A program made the position numbers and the translations under genes. Of a stretch of DNA of 64,000 bases, positions 59,849-64,000 are shown in pieces. Source of the DNA: an uncultured Desulfarculus sp. (GTDB lineage Bacteria; Desulfobacterota; Desulfarculia; Desulfarculales; Desulfarculaceae); the NCBI GenBank assembly GCA_963665125.2, contig CAXXUK010000001.1:1376001-1440000 (forward strand), given 5' to 3'. Position 1 is the first letter of the stretch. Every line of letters begins with the position of its first letter. The notes beneath the pieces are model-generated. The model had not been told where the DNA came from and ran no database searches. It saw only the letters and a list, made by a program, of their open reading frames with translations.

Positions 59849-59985
59849 ACATACGGGTTTGATATAAAATTGAAGCCGCAAGACTGCTGATAATCGCGCT
59901 TGATATAACGCCGAGCACGGTCATTATCTCCGCCGAATACAGGGGCAGCGGCACCTAAAACGCTCTTTTTATACAAACACATCGG

Positions 59986-60017
59986 AAAGGCCGGGCCATT
60001 TGGTTCGGCCTTTTTTT
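59986..60017 (+). terminator. Rho-independent terminator
   Basis: AAAGGCCGGGCCA / TGGTTCGGCCTTT stem ending in T7. Confidence 0.85.
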
Positions 60018-60073
60018 GCCAGCACCATGCAACCTTTTACGTTGATTTTTTATTGTTTTGTTTTAAATTTTTA

Positions 60074-60102
60074 TTGACTAAAGGCATCGCGGCCAGTATT
60101 CT
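60074..60102 (+). promoter_or_regulatory. sigma70-like promoter
   Basis: TTGACT-N17-TATTCT with an AT-rich upstream tract. Confidence 0.6.
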
Positions 60103-60151
60103 CCCTTCATAACAAACGCCGCCGAATAGGCGATTCAACGCAACTTGCCCA

Positions 60152-60694
60152 ATGGAGCGAATCATGACTGGTATCGAGCGCATCCAAAAAGCCAGCCGCC
60201 GTCTACAGATTTTTTGCAACGTCATCCTGGTGTTCATACCTGTGGCCGTTGCCCTGGCCTGGATATTTGTCGACAACATCTCCATTAACCAGCTTAATCT
60301 TCCGGTGAAGCCCAATCCCAATCATCCCTGGTTCATTTTTCTGGGCGGCTTCGCCGTAAGCATGATTCCGGCTGGCGTGGCCATGTACGCGGTGTACAAG
60401 CTGCGCGAATTATTCGGCTATTACGCCGGTGGAACCATCTTCAGCCAAAAAAACGTGCGCTGCTACAGGTCCTTGGGCTGGGCGGCCATCTATTGGGTGA
60501 TCGCCGAGTTCATAACCGAACCAATGCACAGCGTCTTGTTGACCCTGTACAACGAGCCGGGAACAAGACTGCTGACACTGAGCATGTCCTCGGACATGAT
60601 CATGGGTCTGTTCACGGGGGCCGCGGTGTTGACAATCGCCTGGGTCATGGACGAGGGACGCAAAATCGACGAAGAGCAGTCGCTTTTCATCTAG
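60152..60694 (+). CDS. DUF2975-family membrane protein
   Basis: Four TM helices, IFSQKNV, IAWVMDEG..I.EEQ..FI; paired with the HTH gene. Confidence 0.8.
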   Translation: MERIMTGIERIQKASRRLQIFCNVILVFIPVAVALAWIFVDNISINQLNLPVKPNPNHPWFIFLGGFAVSMIPAGVAMYAVYKLRELFGYYAGGTIFSQKNVRCYRSLGWAAIYWVIAEFITEPMHSVLLTLYNEPGTRLLTLSMSSDMIMGLFTGAAVLTIAWVMDEGRKIDEEQSLFI

Positions 60695-60710
60695 CGGATC
60701 GGGAGGAAAA

Positions 60711-60920
60711 ATGACTATTGTAATCAACCTCGACGTGATGCTGGCCAAGCGCAAGATCAAGTCAAAGGATTTGGCCGCGCAGATAGGTATAACCGAACAG
60801 AATCTATCACTAATCAAAACCGGCAAGATCAAGGGTATGCGTCTGGCCACCTTGGACTCCATCTGCCGGGTTCTGGAGTGTCAACCGGGCGACATCCTGG
60901 AATACCTTGCCGATCAATAG
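60711..60920 (+). CDS. Cro/C1-type HTH regulator (YozG-like)
   Basis: INLDVMLAKRK, GITEQNLS, ICRVLECQPGDIL. Confidence 0.92.
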   Translation: MTIVINLDVMLAKRKIKSKDLAAQIGITEQNLSLIKTGKIKGMRLATLDSICRVLECQPGDILEYLADQ

Positions 60921-61019
60921 CCAACGAATGATACAGCCGCGGGTTCACCGCGGTTGTATTCATCACTGTTTTTCTCTATATTCTTCATATTCATCATCCA
61001 TCAACCGGATCAACCGAAT

Positions 61020-61499
61020 ATGAAAACCCCTGACGAAATATTCAGTCTTTCACCGTTTGCGGGAATTTTACACGCCTTCACTCTAGCCCTGGTGTCAAGC
61101 CTGTGGGGCGCGCTGATTCTGCGTTTCGCCGTAAACAAGGTCATCGGGATCAAGCTCAAGTACCTAAGAGCCTATTTGTATAATTTCATCATCGCCGCCG
61201 TGGTTGTTTCGGTAGAATTTGCCTTTATCTATAAAATCACTAGTGAATCGGTGCTGACAGCTTCCGACTTCATAGCGCCGGGCAACTGGTTTGCCGTGCT
61301 GTGCGCGGTGGGCTTGGCCATTTTCATGGGCACCGTTGGCCTGGGCTATCTGGTCAAGGACGAGCGCAAGCGCAGTATCGGCACGAATAAGAGTTTTGCA
61401 GTTTCGCTTATCTACGCGGCCATCTTCGTACCAATCGGCCTTTGTTTCCGAGCCTTGTATTTTTTTATTCTCGAGCAAGGGGGCGGTACGTTTTTCTAG
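61020..61499 (+). CDS. Hypothetical four-TM membrane protein
   Basis: Hydrophobic ORF filling the gap; start uncertain. Confidence 0.6.
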   Translation: MKTPDEIFSLSPFAGILHAFTLALVSSLWGALILRFAVNKVIGIKLKYLRAYLYNFIIAAVVVSVEFAFIYKITSESVLTASDFIAPGNWFAVLCAVGLAIFMGTVGLGYLVKDERKRSIGTNKSFAVSLIYAAIFVPIGLCFRALYFFILEQGGGTFF

Positions 61500-61544
61500 T
61501 CCCACCTTCTGCACACCAATTCGCAACCGGAGGCTTTTGATACA

Positions 61545-62693
61545 GTGTTGGACAGCAGCCTTAATTTTGAACAAGGGCCCATCCGCCCACCCTCGGAAGC
61601 CAAAAGCCTGCTTTTGCGTTTCTCCCGCAATTGCCCCTGGAACAAATGCAAGTTCTGCCCCGTGTACAAGGGAACCAAATTCAGCCGCCGCGGGCTGGAC
61701 GAAATCAAGGCCGACATTGACACGGCAGCCGAGATGCGGCGTCAGATCATAGCCCTTTCCCATGAAATGGGCCAGGGAGGGGCAATAAACGATGCGGTTG
61801 TCAATGCGGTCTTCAGCGCCCGTCCTCTCACCGACGCCTTCCGCAATGTCGCGGCCTGGCTCTACTATGGTACGGGCAATGTTTTTTTGCAGGACGCCAA
61901 CAACCTGATCATCGACCCGAAAACCCTGGCCGCGGCCCTGCGCTATCTGCGCCAGGAGTTGCCCGAGGCCCAGCGTGTCACCACCTATGCCCGCAGTTCC
62001 AGCGCGGCCCGGCGTAGCGTGGAGGAACTGACCATGCTCAAGCAGGCGGGTCTGGACCGGGTGCACGTGGGTATGGAAAGCGGCTGCGACGAGGTGCTGG
62101 AATTCATGAAAAAAGGCACCACCCAGGCCCAGCAGATCAAGGCGGGTCAAAACATCAAGGCGTCCGGCCTGGAACTCAGCGAATACGTCATGCCCGGTCT
62201 GGGCGGTAAAAAATGGAGCCGCAAACACGCCCTGGACACGGCCCATGCCCTTAATCAGATCAACCCGGATTTTATCAGGCTGCGCAGCCTGCGGGTGCCG
62301 CCGGGCCTGCAACTCCACGATGATCTGGTCAACGGCCGTTTCGAAAAAATAACCGAAGACGAGATGGCCGCCGAGATCCGCCTGTTCATCGAGCATCTCC
62401 GGGGCATCACCAGCACCGTGACCAGCGACCACATCATGAACCTCATCGAAACAGTCAGCGGATTCCTGCCCGACGACCAGCAGCACATGCTCGACAAGAT
62501 CGATTCATATTTGAACATGGGCGATGAAGACCGGCTGATCTACCGCATCTGCCGCCGCATGGGGCGCTGCCGCGAACCCCAGGACATCGACCGCTACGGC
62601 ATGCGGCCGGAGTTGGAAAAGATCCTGCGCAAGATCAAAACCATGGGCGATCCGGATCAGGTTCTGAACGATATAGCCGACGGCATGATCTAG
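61545..62693 (+). CDS. Radical SAM protein of unknown function
   Basis: GPIRPPSEA, CPWNKCKFC, FLQDAN, GMESG, SDHIMN. Confidence 0.88.
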   Translation: MLDSSLNFEQGPIRPPSEAKSLLLRFSRNCPWNKCKFCPVYKGTKFSRRGLDEIKADIDTAAEMRRQIIALSHEMGQGGAINDAVVNAVFSARPLTDAFRNVAAWLYYGTGNVFLQDANNLIIDPKTLAAALRYLRQELPEAQRVTTYARSSSAARRSVEELTMLKQAGLDRVHVGMESGCDEVLEFMKKGTTQAQQIKAGQNIKASGLELSEYVMPGLGGKKWSRKHALDTAHALNQINPDFIRLRSLRVPPGLQLHDDLVNGRFEKITEDEMAAEIRLFIEHLRGITSTVTSDHIMNLIETVSGFLPDDQQHMLDKIDSYLNMGDEDRLIYRICRRMGRCREPQDIDRYGMRPELEKILRKIKTMGDPDQVLNDIADGMI

Positions 62694-62697
62694 CCTG

Positions 62698-63360
62698 TCA
62701 GGCGGTGGGTGCCGCCAGCATGCCCAGGGCAAAGGCGATCAGAAACTGCGCCGTGTAGTACAGCGGCAGGCCGATGGCCCGATTGTAGAACTCCTGCCGG
62801 TCAAAGCGCTGCCTGGCCACGAAGAAATCCGACAAGGCGAAGAGCACCGCGCCCGTCAGCAGCATTGATGCGGCCTTAGGCGGAACCTGGCCGCTGTTCC
62901 ACACGGCCCACGCGCCGTCGATCATCACAATTATCACGGCGATGTAGGCGGCCACTGGTATACGCATCTCGCCTGCCTTGGGCAGGAACCAGAACAAGAG
63001 CCCGCCCGCTGCCACCACCAAGACGATCAGGCCCGTGGGGTCGAACCAGGCGCCGAGCTTGCTCAAAAATATGAAAGCCACCAGATAAGAGACATGGCCC
63101 AACAGGAAAGCAGCCAAGCCCGCTATGAAGGGTTTGGCCCCGTTGAGGGCCAGGCAGACATCACCAACCAGCCCTAAAATCAACCCGCTCAAAATCAGGT
63201 AATATACCGCGCCCGATCCCGGCTGAAGCCAGGCCACGGCCACGAACACGCACGACAACAGCGTCTTGGAAACCAGCCTGACAATGAAGTTGTCTTTATC
63301 GTCCGCCCAGAGCAGGGCTGTCAAAAAGAATGCGGCGGGAACCAATAGCAATATGTCCAT
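62698..63360 (-). CDS. YhhN / lysoplasmalogenase-family membrane protein
   Basis: GDVCL, AFLLGH, LFALSD, LPLYYTAQ. Confidence 0.85.
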   Translation of the reverse strand: MDILLLVPAAFFLTALLWADDKDNFIVRLVSKTLLSCVFVAVAWLQPGSGAVYYLILSGLILGLVGDVCLALNGAKPFIAGLAAFLLGHVSYLVAFIFLSKLGAWFDPTGLIVLVVAAGGLLFWFLPKAGEMRIPVAAYIAVIIVMIDGAWAVWNSGQVPPKAASMLLTGAVLFALSDFFVARQRFDRQEFYNRAIGLPLYYTAQFLIAFALGMLAAPTA

Positions 63361-63383
63361 GTCTTTTTCCTTTGTTTGGTATT

Positions 63384-64000
63384 TCAGGCATAGATCCAAA
63401 GCAGCATTGCCGAAGCCACCAGAAGAACATCAGCCACTAGACGATATTTTTGCATGCTTATGCGTCCGGCGGCAAGCCCGCCCAAGACCATGCCCAAAAT
63501 CACGGCCGGGGTGTGCCAAGACGAATGCCACAGGCCCTGCATGGTCAACAGACCGGCCCAGGCATACATGACCAATACGACCAGATCCAAAAAGGTAAAG
63601 TAAGCCCCGAGCATGCCCTTGGCCTCCTGGGGATTCGTGGCGGTGGACATGCTGAAAACCACGGCGGGCGGCCCGCCGGTGGTGTAGGCCCCGCTGAACC
63701 AGCCGCTGATCAGCCCCATCAAAACGCCCCACCAGGTTGATTTGGCCCAGGCGCCGCTGATCCGGCGTCCGGCCTGGAAACGGTTATTGGCCACGGCCAG
63801 GATGATAAAGCCGGCCAGGGTCCTTTTCATGACCACGGAGGGCAACTGGGTCAGCGACATCAGGCCCAACGGCTGGGAAACAGCCGCGCCGATGATCAGG
63901 GGAGTCAATATACGCCATTGAAAGCTGGCCCGGAAACGCCAGGCATTGAAAACCACCAGGGCCAGGGAAAAGGGAAACTGCAGGGCCACGGCCTCCTGGA
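63384..64000 (-). CDS. TauE/SafE (TSUP) family transporter, 5' end outside window
   Basis: GLISGWFSGAYTTGGPP; multi-TM; the frame appears open to the window edge. Confidence 0.8.
   Translation of the reverse strand, partial: QEAVALQFPFSLALVVFNAWRFRASFQWRILTPLIIGAAVSQPLGLMSLTQLPSVVMKRTLAGFIILAVANNRFQAGRRISGAWAKSTWWGVLMGLISGWFSGAYTTGGPPAVVFSMSTATNPQEAKGMLGAYFTFLDLVVLVMYAWAGLLTMQGLWHSSWHTPAVILGMVLGGLAAGRISMQKYRLVADVLLVASAMLLWIYA

Overview
GC-rich bacterial chromosomal window. Gene content suggests an anaerobic deltaproteobacterium (Desulfobacterota-like, probably a sulfate reducer); this is inference only. Left to right: the end of a ProU-type glycine betaine ABC operon with a co-oriented porin; a sigma54-driven soluble MCP-like gene; a Liv-type ABC transporter plus M20 amidohydrolase; a deacetylase/GNAT/GNAT cassette; two converging SLC13/DASS transporter loci, each wrapped in two-component, USP, CBS and CMP-kinase-like genes, with a porin and small membrane proteins between them; an AT-richer signalling block (PAS kinase, NarL regulator, MCP, PAS kinase); a three-gene cassette (small exported peptide, NoeA-like kinase-methyltransferase, LtaS/EptA-like transferase); a CcsA/ResB-like pair coupled to modABC; a Mo-nitrogenase cluster (nifH, nifI1, nifI2, nifD, nifK, a NifB paralogue lacking the radical-SAM cysteines, ferredoxin, GNAT, nifE, nifN, nifB) with nifA and an HMG-CoA-lyase-like gene but no recognisable nifV; then miscellaneous genes. 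No rRNA, tRNA, CRISPR array or transposase was seen. The best novelty candidates are the peptide/kinase-MTase/transferase cassette, the Ccs-like pair coupled to modABC, the cysteine-less NifB paralogue, and a TACA-N4-TGTA plus sigma54 promoter architecture shared by nifH, nifA, the lyase-like gene and the soluble MCP. All family calls come from motif recognition by eye, without database searches.
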